From positions 144,026,001-144,090,000 of the forward strand of contig NC_043000.1 of the NCBI RefSeq assembly GCF_006345805.1: 64,000 nt of DNA, written 5' to 3'. Under the pieces are notes generated by a model. That model made no database searches, had not been told where the DNA came from, and was given only the letters and a program-made list of their open reading frames with translations. Shown piece after piece: positions 10,400 through 24,699 of this stretch (positions are counted from its first letter, which is position 1; every line of letters begins with the position of its first letter). The stretch comes from Octopus sinensis. Taxonomy: Eukaryota. The position numbers and the translations under genes were made by a program.

Positions 10400-12630
10400 A
10401 AAAATTCACGGAGTGACTGTCAACAAATAGTAGTCACAGACGGTAAATACTAATTGAAGTGGTAAGCTTTTAAATGAAACTGAACTGAGAGCTGATCTCA
10501 AATCTAAATCATCCTGAACTTTCTAATGAAAAGGACACTTACCACCTAAAGTTCCACAAACTCCCACGCAAACCCTGCATTGGTTAACTTTGAAAATGAT
10601 CTACTACGCATGTTAAAAACATTAAACTCTCTAATTATACAACATCTTTCCAGAAAGAATTATCTAAATTCACTTCTAAAATAAGGACTTACCACACCTG
10701 CACTACTTTTCTAACAAAACTGACGATTTTTACTCCCTTCCCTTGGAAAGGTATACTAACCTTATATGAAAAGCATGTACAAAGAAATGCTCTGAAGGAC
10801 ATTAACAACATTGATTGTAAGCTGACCGATGATCTATATTAATGAAACAGAACTGAACCATATAAAACTACCCCCATTTTACACTGAAGTACCACAAACC
10901 CGACTTCTACACTAAGCCTTCCATTAGACTTATCTGCTTCACTAAATCCGTGTCAGGTCGAATCAGTAAATACATTATTGACCGTATTCTGCCCCTTGTT
11001 AGGACTAGTGTTAAGCTTCCGCTCTAGAATGGCACAGGAGACCTCATCCCTTGGTTTCTTTCTATTCCTGAAAAAACAACACACCCATTTTCCTTCAGTT
11101 TGGTATCTCAAATTTTCATTCAACGATATCACTATTTCTCTTAAATAAAATTTAACCTTCGCCCGAAAATATGCTCCCACCTCCCGACCTAACACCATTA
11201 TCTTCGTGGCAGCGAGGAAGACACTAATTCACTTACTACCCTATTTCACCTACTGCCTTACTGCCTCTGATTGATTTACACACATATTTTTAAAAAAACT
11301 ATAACCTGAGAAGTTCATTCGGAATTGACACCAATTTCCTAGACGTTACTCTCGACTTTGACACAAATCTATATCACCATTTTCATAAACCAAATCAATC
11401 ATTATAATATATAAATTTTCTCTCTGATAACTCTAAACGTACATTTAATAGCGTTGTCACAGTCATATCTATCAGAATATCTAACTTATCTGCTAACGAA
11501 GAAATTGTTAACACTCATGACCTTTGTTATATCAAGCGGCTTCTGCTAAAATATCTATTATGTCCCCCAATATTAAGCTTAACCCTAAAATAGTACATCC
11601 CTTTCCCAATACTAACCTTGAATCTATGGACACTACTTCCACTCTACACCGATCCGACAACTCTCAAAACAACCCTATACATCACACTCGGCCGCCTCTC
11701 TGGGAACCCCTAAACTATAGCAACTATAAACCGCCTCCGATCAACGTATTACACCACACACTAAACATTCTAAGGCCAGGATAGGGAAATCTTATTGTTC
11801 GCACCACCTGTCCCTCTTCAAGTTTAAAATTCTAAATTCTAATTTTCAACTACATCATAAATAGTGTCCCATCCTTAAAAATCATCTGTGAAAATCTCCT
11901 ACTCTACCACACCTAATTTAGGATCCATATCCACCTCCTCGAACAAACGCAAACTCCAACACCAGACTCGAATCACCTAAACTCTTAAACCGTACACAAA
12001 TTAGCCGACATAGTAGCATTAACATAATCCTTAGTAACCCAACTCTACTAAATAAAACCAGACTCAAGCTATCATCCTGCAATCCTACGTACGCGACAAG
12101 AAATACTAGCTGCAATACCACTCCCAGTTCAATAGAAATAAGACTGCGTTTCAAGTTCTCCTCCACTAACATCCAACGGAACTCAACCTCACCAACAGTA
12201 AACGCCAACCACGGATCAGCTTGTTAAACTAGCAATTGTCGTGTTTCCCAGTTATGCCCACTTGAAGGTTCCTATCTATGCAAAACTGATATCTGCAAGT
12301 GTTGTATTATAACACCACACTCCGAAGGAGCAAAGGCATATATCGTCGGCACCGTAGATTTCAAGCGCCGTTGTCGTACATGCATGAACGCTTTCTCCAA
12401 TAGAAATTCTAAATTATGAACCTCCTTAGCAACCTTAAAATATCCTGGGCCATAGTATGCGAAATTCCCCCATATAATGCAGACATCGGCAAGTGTAAGT
12501 TATGTATAAAAGAGCCATTAGTCATTCTTGTCCGTCATAACTCTTCTTTACTTAATAGATTCACTGATGTTATTTATTCTTGTAAACAAAGATATTACTC
12601 ATCTTTCATGCACTTCGTTAAATCTATGTG
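10400..12630 (+). mobile_element. Heavily decayed Penelope-like retroelement (RT plus GIY-YIG endonuclease)
   Basis: Interrupted frames give TLKYHKPDF..KPSIRLI, GRISKYIIDRIL, FLDVTLD, ISNLSANEEI and a C-terminal NCR..CPLEG, AYIVG, DFKRR, WAIV..Y..CKLCIKE..LLN; a C/A-rich tail extends to about 13420. Confidence 0.75.
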
Positions 12631-14376
12631 ATCCCATATTAAGTATCCATACCCTAAATAACATTGATTTAAGACAAAGCAAGCCTAGCAACGTATTACT
12701 TAAAAATTCCACCCCACCCCACTCTTACCCTTTCTCATATACACATTTCCAATTTCTTCCTAACTGTTCAAATCCCCTACTTCCCACGTCCCTCTTAGCC
12801 TATTCACCCTCCTCACTTTAAAAAATACTAAACAATACCACACTCCATTGAAAACTAACCAATCTAATTCTACCCCTCCCCATTCACGCCCATCTATTCC
12901 ATTTCATACTCATTTCTTTACCATAACATCCCCTTTAATACCAACTCAATTCTATTGTCTCATTAACTATTCTGACCAACCCCGCATCTCCCATTCTATC
13001 CTCCAATCTCCTGTCTTTCCTCTCTACATACCTTACTTATCTACCTCAGCCATTGAACCATTCAACTTATTTCCTTCAAATAATAACCATTCCCATTTTC
13101 ACTATCTCAAACTTAGAACCTATAGCCTTCATACAAACTAACGCAAAGGTTACCATTCACATACTATCTAAACCACATTTCCCTCTTCCATCCAACTTCC
13201 ACCTCTACTACCAGACTCATTAATAAAACCTAACCCTGAAATATTTTCTCCTCTCACTACTCTCTATCTAAGTGCTTCCAAACTCTTCCTCTTAATACTC
13301 TTAGTTCTCAACAAAATTCATTCCATCTTTAATCGCTTTTCTGCCAAAACCTCAAATGTAAAATTCTTCCCTAAAGACTGGGGTTGGTGTTACCCGATGA
13401 TCGAATCCGTTTACAATCATTATTTTGGACCACCAAGCTCCCAGAAACAGCTTTTGGATTCGCAAAACACATATTCAACCCCTTGAATTCCAGATATTAT
13501 TTCTATTTTGTGTAAGTTGCACCTTTCTACATGTAACATATGTGCATTTTTTGTATTAAATGTACTTAATATTTGTTGTATATTACCTTCCTTGCCCTTA
13601 CTTATACTTCCCTACCTGCTCAACTTTAAGACTCTACGAAGTGTATTCTATACGGAGAATAGCTGCCTGTCATACACACATACATACATACGTATATATA
13701 TATATATACATATAGGGGAGTATTGTAGTTCACATACACACATACACACTCACACACACATACACATATCTATATATTAGTCACATAAACCTACTTCAAT
13801 ATCATAAGTTGACGAAAATAAATGTCACTACAGAAAAAACGAAGTGAAAAGAAAAGTGTTGTTCTGTTATTACATCTTGCACTTGAAGCATTAAATTCCT
13901 TAAGGAATCAACCGAGTGCAAGTTTTCTGAACAAGTATTTACAAGAATTAATATCATGGAGAATTTCAATTGTTACGAACCATACATCTGGGTACCATTA
14001 ACCCGTAACCCGACACCTATTCAAGAAAGGTGTAAAATTTTAATCATGTGCAACAAGAGGTTAAGAAATCTGTCAAACCTTTGTTGTTTGTTGTAGTTGT
14101 CCTGAGTCCATTAAGAATATCTATAATTCATATAGCATTCGAAGAAATGAGAAATCCATATGAGAAAGGAAAGTTCGACATTACAAAAGATAGTCTCATC
14201 TATTGTTAGCAACAAATGTCCTTCAAAATTTGAAGTGTAAGGAATTGCGACTTGAAATCTATTGCCGGATTTGTTTACGTGGGTCACTTCTGTCATTTAG
14301 GCAAACATTAATATGTGAAGAATAATATCGAGGTCTTAGCACGTTTGTACAATCCTCGTCATTGCCTTCAAATCTA

Positions 14377-15667
14377 CGAGGGGCGTTCAATAAGTAATGC
14401 CTCTGACCCACTTGCTGTTGATTGATCTAACTGAGATTGTGCATGTGTAATTATTTATATCTCTATAGATTAAGTGGCAAATTACAGCTCCGAACTAATA
14501 GTGGTTTCTGATTAACATGTGTTTGAAATGAGTCAAGTGGGAAATGGAGCCTGTTGAGTGTCGAGAAGTGATCCGGTTTTTGTATTTGAAAGGACGCACA
14601 CCACAGGAGACTTTTGATGAAATGAAAATAACTTATGGTGATGATGCCCCATCATATGCCCTTGTAAAGCGCTGGCATCGTGACTTCAAACATGGTCGGA
14701 ACTCTGTGGAAACAGCTCCCAGATCTGGTCGCACCCCTTCTGCCATTGATGAGGCATCTGTCCGTCAAGTTGAGGCTGCCATTTTGGAAGATGGACGCCT
14801 AACTATTCGCCAAATAGCCCATGAGGTAAAGATTAGTACCGGGTCTGTGGAAACTATCGTTCATGACCATTTGCATATGCAAAAGATGTCTGCCAGAGGG
14901 ATTCCCAGGTTGCTCACACTTTTCCTGAAGCAAGAACGCGTCGAGTGCTCGAGGATGAATTTAGGGATGTGCCAAGAAGATGAGTCATAATTTTTCAAAA
15001 GACTGATTACACAGGATGAGACCTGGGTCCTTCACCATGATCCAGAGACCAAAGCCCAGTCAATGCAGTGGAAGCACCATGACTCACCTCCTCCAAAGAA
15101 GGCAAGGGTGCAGCCCTCCGCTGGTACGGTCATGCTCACAGTCTTCTGGGACCAGGACGGAGTAGTGATGACAGATGTCCTGGCAAAGGGTACCACAATT
15201 ACAGGAGCCTATCATGCTTCACTTTTGAGGAAATTAAGAGAAGCTATCAAAACCAAGAGGCGGGGCAAGATTAGCAAAGGCATCCTCCTCCTGCAGGACA
15301 ACGCTCCGGTCCACAACTCGCGTGTCGCCAGGTCAGAAGCACAGGCGTGCGGCTATGAACATTTCCCCATCCCCCTACTATCCTGACCTTTCACCCTCTG
15401 ATTTTCACCTCTTCCCAGCCATGAAGTTGTTTTTGAAAGGAAAGCGTTTCCCAGATCATGCAGCCTTGATTTCTGAAGTCACGTCGTGGTTGGAGGACCG
15501 AGCTGGGGTCTTCTATGAAAACAGTCTCCAGAGCTGTATCAAACGATGGGAGAAATGTGTAACTCTGGGTTGTTCCTATGCTGAAAAAGACTAATACCTG
15601 TGCCAAGTTTCGTTGCTCTACTGCTATGGGAAGTGGGTCAGGGGCATTACGTATTGAACGCCCCTCG
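14377..15667 (+). mobile_element. Full-length defective mariner (D,D34D) transposon, copy 2
   Basis: TA at 14375-6 and 15668-9; 37-bp TIRs with 2 mismatches; ORF from ATG 14544 with nonsense TAA at 14988-90 (AAA in copy 1) and a frameshift at about 15370; 1291 bp. Confidence 0.95.
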
Positions 15668-16524
15668 TAGAATCACATCATATGTACATAGCTATGAATG
15701 ACTTTTCCTTTCCACAAAACCGGACACCATTCCAACACCTTATAGACCAAGAAGTTATCTCATGGAATATTCTCTCAGAACTTCAAATCAATGAATTTGA
15801 ATGCTTGATGATAAATATCGTTTAGTTAAGGAGTTATGGCTAAAATTCAACACTGTACAAATAATAAACTATTAATGTACCTGAAAAAAAGTTAAACACA
15901 TATGTTGCATTAAGCGAAAGGTGTCCAGATTTTTGTAAGGAAGTCTAAAGTATACAATATATCAGTCTCAATTAGAAATAACATTTTATAAATGTCTAAA
16001 ACTGCGATTTAAATCATATATTGGTACGGAAGTACTCATCTGAGAAAACTTAAAAGGTGTTAAATGACCGCAAACGGCTGGTTTAGATATCGGAGAAGTG
16101 GTACTCCTAAAAACCATTTTAAATAAAAGTTGACGTTTCAAAAACCATATGGATCGTCTTTTACAGTGGTTTTCAGAAAATGAACCAATATTTGATAGAA
16201 ACATGCATCTTAATGGATCACTGATGGCAGCACTAAATTGACACAAGGAAGAACTTCAGGTTCAGAGAAAGAAGACAATGGAGTCAAAACTTGAGACATG
16301 TAATTTTAAAATAAAATAGGGGAGAAAAAAAAGATACAGTTGTACCATACGTTTTTTTTATATTGTTTCATGTTCTTGTATAAAGTAAAAAAAAACTTGT
16401 ATGTTATTTTTATTGAATAACATATAATGTTCTTCAAATGATATCTTTCAATATATAGCGTGTATAATTATTGACTGAATTACACATAACTTTATTTGAA
16501 TTGCCTTTTTTTCTATTTATGCAG

Positions 16525-16622
16525 AAGCAAAAGAAGCCTACTATATTTTAAATTATTGTACATTTCTTTTAAGTAAAATAACGTATCTCCGTAAAAGCTA
16601 TTCTATATTTTATATTCCTCTG
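16525..16622 (+). CDS. Weak candidate exon (phase 1 to 0)
   Basis: Acceptor TTTTTTTCTATTTATGCAG, open frame AKEAYYILNYCTFLLSKITYLRKSYSIFYIPL, donor CTG|GTAACG. Confidence 0.2.
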
Positions 16623-16804
16623 GTAACGAAGTTTGAAAAATCGAAGTAAAAATTAACCGAATTCGTTCAAGGTATTGTGTGTGATTGCTGTGTACGTGTG
16701 TATATATACGTGTGTATATATACGTGTGTATATATACGTGTGTATGTATACGAATTTGTATTTGCAATCTTCCTCTCACTCTCTCTCTTTGTTCCCCATA
16801 TATT

Positions 16805-16841
<37 letters not shown>

Positions 16842-17359
16842 TGAGAGAGAAAGAGAGAGAGAGACATATGTAGCGAGAGATCAAAAACATCGAGCTATTT
16901 GAATACATTAGAAACAGCAGGGAATTATAATCTGCTGCTAGAGTTTATTCAATATACAAACAGAAATAATATATTCGAGAATACGTTGATATCTGTGTGC
17001 GAGTATCTGTATGTACACACAGACACACAGACACACACACACACCACACACACACACACGCACTCATCACACTCATACACACATATGGTTCTTTCATATT
17101 GTTGATTTACGCACATTTTCCCCGATCCACACACACATTCACACACACACACACACATTTATATGTACTCTGCACATTGTTTTCTTTCCCTTATCATCTT
17201 TTGCTTTTGTTCATCGCCCCCCCTTTCCTATACAATCTGAGCTAATGTCTCTAGACCGATTCAGCATCACTAATATTTCTTCTCTGATAAAGTTTGACGA
17301 AAACACACTTAGATGAAACCCCATGGCTATGTTGTAAGAATTCGAAAAAATCTAATTAT

Positions 17360-17543
17360 ATATATATTTGTGTGTGTGTGAGTGTGTGTATGTATGCATA
17401 TACATATACATATTTATATATATATATTTACATATGTATATATGTATATATATTATATATGTCTACATTTGTATATATATATATATATGTATGTATACAT
17501 ATATATTATATATGTATACGTATATATATATGTATATATATAT

Positions 17544-17579
<36 letters not shown>

Positions 17580-17642
17580 GTATACATATATATTATATAT
17601 GTATGTATGTATGTATGTATATATATATATATTATATATGTA

Positions 17643-17686
<44 letters not shown>

Positions 17687-17720
17687 ATATATTATATATA
17701 TATATATACCCACACACAAA
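17360..17720. repeat. (TA)/(TG)/(TATG) compound microsatellite
   Basis: Direct reading; similar tracts at 16690-16865, 20485-20780, 34880-35500, 46040-46155, 52945-53190. Confidence 0.95.
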
Positions 17721-18944
17721 CAGACTATTAAAGCATAGGTAGTTCTAAGTAGATGGTGTATATCATTATTGCATAGCCACTGTTTACATTATGGGGCTTC
17801 TGGTAGCAGCTGTTCCACATTGGTGCTTAATCGGGATACACCGAGTATTCACATACTAACATCTGAAGTAAACCTTGCATACACATCATTTATCCCACAC
17901 TAACTTCACCATTTATAAGCAGTATTAGACACAATTTAAGTGATCAGAGACGGCACGGAAATGAAGGAGATCAGTTCCTCAAGCTATTGAAAATATCAGC
18001 AACATCTTCCTGTTACGTTCTATCATTAGAAAATACATACTGGTATAGACTGTATCAGAAAATATACAGATTGGTCATTGATAGAATATCTTTGATTTTA
18101 GCGTTGCCTGATAATGAGCTAAACAACGATATCAAAAATACAGTATTATGCCTTCACCAAAAGTATAGCCCATTGAATTGGAGCCGATGTATGATTGGAA
18201 CCTATTTCTTTGATCTAGACCAGTGATATAAACATAGTTTCGTTGTGCAAATCTTGTGTAACATTACAAAATTCAAAATACCTTTACGTACATTTTACGG
18301 AAAATATCTGTCTCTCTAATTTTGAGAAATTGTAACAATGTTTGTTTCAGAGAGATGGAAGGTGTTTATCCATATTTAGAAACTCATATAATTACTAATT
18401 GTTTTGAAAATGATGAATATATTTTTTATGAAAATAAATTACATTTGAAAAAAATTCTTATCACGCGGAACTCTCAACTTTATCAGATTACATAGAGTTC
18501 CTCAAACATCCTTTGCCTTAAATTGATTTAAATGAATAAAATATAAAATTAACAACATGTAAATTTGAAAGGAAATTGGCTAGCGACGAAACTAAATAAG
18601 AACATATTTTAATATACAGAAATATGTTTAAGGATTTCAAGGATATGCATTACCATGCTGACAAAAACGTACAATAGAATCTACGTGGTAGCTTGATCAA
18701 TTACTGATATCCACACATTCTTCTTCAAGCCACACCCTACACGTTACACGTTACAAATTTAGTCTAAATGGATAAAGTGATTTCTGTTAGTAAACTATTT
18801 TGCCCGTAATTCTGCATGATCAGATTTGGCCTTAATTTAGATACCATCATATGCAACAACAACAACAACAACAACACAACCAACGACCAGACTGTCTATA
18901 TAACCATCACTGTATCCAACAACATTACTACCAGTGGTGTACAC

Positions 18945-19109
18945 CAGTGGTTTCCAACCTGTTCACTATCAAAGAGCCATTTTATTTAAATGACTTTTCT
19001 CACGGACCCCAGAATATTGAAAGATCTGTCAGCTTAATATGTTCGCGAACCCCTAGTACTACTTTTGCGGAACACCAAGGGTCCGCGAACCGCAGGTTGG
19101 GAACCACTA
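18945..19109. mobile_element. hAT (Charlie-like) MITE
   Basis: TIRs CAGTGGTTTCCAACCT / AGGTTGGGAACCACTA; 8-bp TSD GTGTACAC (18937-44) vs GTGTAAAC (19110-17). Confidence 0.85.
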
Positions 19110-19176
19110 GTGTAAACCATGACCATTTGCAATAAACCAAAACAACGGCATTCCATCAACGTCATCTTTAATTTTA

Positions 19177-20399
19177 AGAGAGCGGACTGAAAACTTCTTA
19201 GACAGATTATGAAAGATTTATGCTAGAGCTGTGAAATATTGATCTAACTAATTTCAACACTTCTTATTAATAACTGCATTTTTTTTCTTTCCCGGTCAAC
19301 TGTCATCTAGCTGTTCAAAGAAGACTTGAAATGTAACTAGTAGCGACTTTTCATGAAAATATAGAGACAAATTGACATCGGGGGGTATTATCAAGTACCT
19401 GCAGAAAAAATTGTTTAGCATCCAATGAGAGTCAGACCGACATGACTGCAGCAGAAAAAATGTCGGCGGCTGAGTTTAGAAGAGGAAGGAAGAACCTTAA
19501 AGATTATCTAAGGTGCTGCCACTCCCACCACAAAAGAAAACATTGATCGTGTTCACCGCATACCGATGGAGGGAGGCGAATGACTATAAATCAAATAGCC
19601 AATGCTGTTAGCATATCCTTTGAGTGATCTGGGAATATTCTGCACGATGAACTTGGCATGATGAAGGTTACTGCTCGATGCGTGCTACGTCTCCTGACAC
19701 TTGATCAAAAGCATTATTAAGCTGATCTCATCGGGGTTCTTGTATTGTTTGAAGCAGATCCTGCTGTTTCCTTGAACATTTCCTAACCCAGGAAAACGTC
19801 ATCGGTTTGAGCCAGTGTCAAAGAGACAATCCATGCAGTGGAGATACCCCTCCACTCCGGCTCTAAAAAGGCCGAGGTCATTTAATCTGTAGGGTAGGTG
19901 ATGGTCCAAATCAGAATTCTGGGATGAAAAAAGGATTGTGTTTATTAGTCATCGGCAAAAGAGCCACACCATCAATGGAAAGACTATGCCAACTTGTTAA
20001 GGCAGTTACGAAAGGCCAACACCTAAGGAAACAGAGGAAAACAGTTTGGTTAGGACAATGTTCCAGCATACAAGTCCTTGCTTTCAAAGGCAGCTGCGCC
20101 TGACTGAGGATCACCGTTCCTATTCTCCTAAATTTGCCCAACTTGACTATCATCTCTTCTATACTATGAAAAACATTTGGTTGAAGACCAGTATCGCAGT
20201 GTTGATGACATCACAACTGTTTTTAATGACATTTTTTACCGCAGACCGAATGTTTCTTCATCATTGGGATCTATGTACTGCACTACCTTTGAAATGAGTG
20301 TGTGCACGGCAAGGGGTACTATGCTAGAAGCTAAACCTCATTTGATCATATTTCATAAAATTATACTAGTCCGTCCCTGAACTCTTTAGTCGACCCTCG
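19177..20399 (+). mobile_element. Old degenerate mariner (different lineage from the 1909/14377 pair)
   Basis: About 1.22 kb; right end GAACTCTTTAGTCGACCCTCG, degenerate left TIR after TA 19175-6; residual SMQW, QDN, YSP motifs. Confidence 0.8.
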
Positions 20400-20560
20400 T
20401 TGTATGCGAAATACAGTTTGTATTAATACAAATTACAAGATCGCTTGCTTTACCATGATTTTCCCACTGTCTTCACTCTTTCAAAATTACACACACACAC
20501 ACACACACGCACATATACAGACACATAAACATGCACGCACAAAATGTATTTATGTGTGTG

Positions 20561-20598
<38 letters not shown>

Positions 20599-21179
20599 CA
20601 CGTACACACAGAAACACACACAGAAACACACACAAATACACAAACACACATACAGACACATAAACATACACACACACATAATGTGTATTTATGTGTATAT
20701 ATATATAGGCACGTACACACAGACACATCCAAACACACATACACATATACAGACACACACATATATGTATATATATAATTTCCTGGAATGTCTTCCTATA
20801 AGAGAAAATTTCATCCACTTTCTCCATTCTAAAACATGAGGCGATTATGATGATGATGATGATGAAGATGATGACATTCAGGAAAACGGCAATAATGGTG
20901 TTAATGATGTCAACGTCTACGGAGATGAAAAATGTTGCGAATTAACATAAAAAACTCTGCAGCTCTTGCTGCTGCTGCTTGGCTGAAGCTTGTGTTGGTG
21001 GTAGAGAACGTGTCAAGATGGGCGATGATAGTAACGAGACGATAATGATGGTGATAAGGGACGTTTATGATAATGTTGCTGATGGTAATTATGATTACGT
21101 GAAGGAATCATTACAATGATGTTGATGACAAATGCTAATTTAGAAGTTATAGCTTGACACTACTTTTGAAAATGACGAC

Positions 21180-21180
21180 A

Positions 21181-21227
<47 letters not shown>

Positions 21228-21318
21228 GATGATGATGATGATGACGATGATGATGATGATGACGATGACGATGATGATGGATGATGATGACGATGACGAT
21301 GATGATGATGATGACGAC

Positions 21319-21357
<39 letters not shown>

Positions 21358-21585
21358 TGATGATGACGATGACGATGACGATGATGATGATGATGATGAT
21401 GACGATGATGATGATGATGACGATGATGATGATGATGACGACGATGATGATGATGATGATGATGACGATGACGATGACGATCATGACGATGATAACGATG
21501 ATGACGATGATGATGATGATGATGATGACGATGACGATGATGATGATGATGATGACGATGATGATGATGATGATGATGATGATAA
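21180..21585. repeat. About 400-bp (GAT/GAC)n trinucleotide array
   Basis: Direct reading; source of the poly-D, poly-M and poly-H/I/S ORFs. Confidence 0.95.
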
Positions 21586-22258
21586 TGCCGATTACTATGA
21601 TTACGATTCCGATATTTTTCGTGATGATCAGGTCCGCCGATAACAATAATGATATGATAATTTAATATTATACATGATAGCAGTAATAATGATTATATTT
21701 ATGATAATATTGATAATGTTGACTGATAGTAATCATGGCGTCAGCAAAAATTGTGGTTAAATTAGTATAAATCAATAACTAGGGTCATGTTAATAAACTA
21801 ATTTTCATCTAAAATGCTCGAACTTGCCCAGAGAGTATGAACTATGCGTGGAATCTTCTTCACCTCGAAATCGTTTGAGTACTTGCTATAGGCTCGAACG
21901 TTCTAAAGATTTAAATCCTTTTGTAACGCTACTAAAGGCAGAGACACGACACAATATTCATTATGCTTCTTCCATTACACTGAATTTCAGACAGAACTGT
22001 CACAATTTTTCCACTCAGTCTTTTGAACAACACAGTTAAGCTGTATTGAATATATGAATATACACTAGATGTACTTGATATACTTTCCTATTATATCTGG
22101 CAGAAAGATTTTTCTATAGTTCTACTATTCATTCTTATTAAGCTTCTAGAATATGAGAATCATGCCAGCAGCATTCTGGCTCGGCTCTGTGGGACTTTTG
22201 CAGCTTCATTTGGTCCTAGCCATATCTGTTGGAGACATCTAGAGCGCGTGAATATGAG

Positions 22259-22311
<53 letters not shown>

Positions 22312-22344
22312 TTTTTAAGTAACAATATATGGATTAAACTAATA

Positions 22345-23561
22345 TTGGGTCTGCCCATAAATAATGCAATCTTTTAAAAATTGCATGAACTAAAAGTCGG
22401 AGAGCGACGAGATAAACAACCTTCATCAACTTGCTATAAAAACATGTAGTAATTATACATTATCCTTATTCTTAGTGAAAATTTGGAAAAGTGCAGTTCG
22501 ATTTTAATAGTTTTCTTTTCAAAGACCTAATGTGATAAAGGAGCATATGCGGTATATTTTGCTTTATGAGTTCAATGAATGCCACAAGACAACGAAATCT
22601 ACTAGAAATTTTAATGTAGTATATGGGGATTGGACAATACGTGTAAGCCAGTGTCAACGGTGGTTCCAGAAACTCCGAGCCGGAAACTACAGCCTAGAAG
22701 ACAAGCCTCGGTCTGGAAGACCTGTAGAGCTCGATGAGGACGTTCTGCAAACCTTGTTGGAAAACAATCCCGACGTAACTGTTGAGGAACTAGCAGAGAA
22801 GCTTGGATTTGGTCATTCAATCATTCATCGGCAACTGCGTGCCATGGGAAAAGCCAGCAAAGTGAGTCAATGGGTTCCTCACAAATTTCCGAGTCTAATA
22901 GCACGCAGAGAGTGAATGTGTAATATTCTTTGCCGTCACTTCGAATGAATACTTTTTTGGACCTAATAGTGAGTGTGGTTCTCTGTAAAAATGTCAAGCA
23001 CTGGAGACAATGAGTAAAGAAACACCAGCACCGCAGGCTAAAAAGGACTTTACCCACGTAATATGTTATCTCTTTGATGGGATATGAACTTTTAAACGCA
23101 AACCAATCGATAACAAAGGAGATCTACTGAGAGCAGGTTGAACGGCTTAAGTCAGTGCTTGAAGAAAAACGACCATCTTTGACTTCAAGATGAAAGTTAT
23201 TCTCCGATACGGAAATGCTCGGCTACATACAGCGAGGATGACATTCCAAAGGCTGCAGCAGTTTGAATGGGGAGCGATGCCCCACCCACCATATTCGCCG
23301 GATATTTACCCTTCTGGGTATATTCCAGAGTCTTCAAAATCGTTTCGACGGAAAAGCTATGAATTCTGTAGTTAAGGTCACTACAGTAGTGGAGGATAAT
23401 TTTTCGTCACGGGGAAGTAAATTTTGGGCCTTGCAAGATGGAAGATCATTGTAGGAAATGAAGGAGAGTATATCTTAAATAAAAAAAAAAAACTTTGCTT
23501 ATCTCAAGTTCAAAATAAAAATAATATCATAAGAAATAGCATTATTTAAGGGACCATCTGA
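22345..23561 (+). mobile_element. Degenerate mariner, Hsmar1/Mos1-like transposase
   Basis: ORF 22532-22915 with HTH-like RYILLYEF..QRWFQK..LEDKPRSGRP and WVPH; 23190-23375 GNARLHTA..PHPPYSPD; imperfect TIRs (..CCCATAAATAATGC / GCATTATTTAAGGG..). Confidence 0.85.
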
Positions 23562-23574
23562 TATTTATAAATTT

Positions 23575-24170
<596 letters not shown>

Positions 24171-24425
24171 AGGCATACACGCATATTCATACACTCTAGA
24201 TGTCTCCACCAGTTGTGGCTGGGATCACACACATATATAGTGTGTGTATGAGTGTGCGCGTGTGTTTTGTACCCGTGTGTGTGTGTGAGTCGGGTATTGT
24301 ATATAAGCATTTCATATATGCACCAATATATTTGATTTTCTCGTAGTTAAATGCTTTCATTTGGGTTACACTAAAATGTACTTGAGCAATACAACGTTTT
24401 ACAAGATTTTCTGTCTCCTTTTTAG

Positions 24426-24471
24426 CAGGATCTATTGATGAACAGTCAACGGCGTTTTAGAGCATATAAAC
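24426..24471 (+). CDS. Candidate internal micro-exon of unidentified host gene (phase 0 to 1)
   Basis: Acceptor ATTTTCTGTCTCCTTTTTAG (NAGNAG), donor C|GTAAGT, single open frame QDLLMNSQRRFRAYK. Confidence 0.5.
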
Positions 24472-24699
24472 GTAAGTTGTATTTGTGAAAATGTAGCTAA
24501 TATGGAAGTAATTTGAGTACTGGAAGAGTTATTTTTATTCTGGTGATCCGCGACCGGTTACAAAATGACGACTCACGACTGCTGCTCTATGTATAATGAT
24601 CAAGGTATAAAACAAGCTGTAATTGTATGTACGTCTGTCTGCAGTGAGGGTGATTCAAACCGACTGACATCTTTAAACCTATCGTTAGACTCAATTTAG

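Noticed and set aside
13368-13412. Hammerhead-like remnant CCTAAAGA..CGAATCC at the end of the Penelope tail
   Set aside because: Both core motifs are broken (CTAA for CTGA, GAAT for GAAA) and I could not build the stems
13625-13670. ACTCTACGAAG..GAGAATAGCTG resembling a decayed hammerhead repeat
   Set aside because: Core not intact; resemblance only from memory
1909-15667. Proof that the mariner pair moved as a composite transposon
   Set aside because: The TA duplication is uninformative and each copy has its own TA flanks; kept only as a possibility
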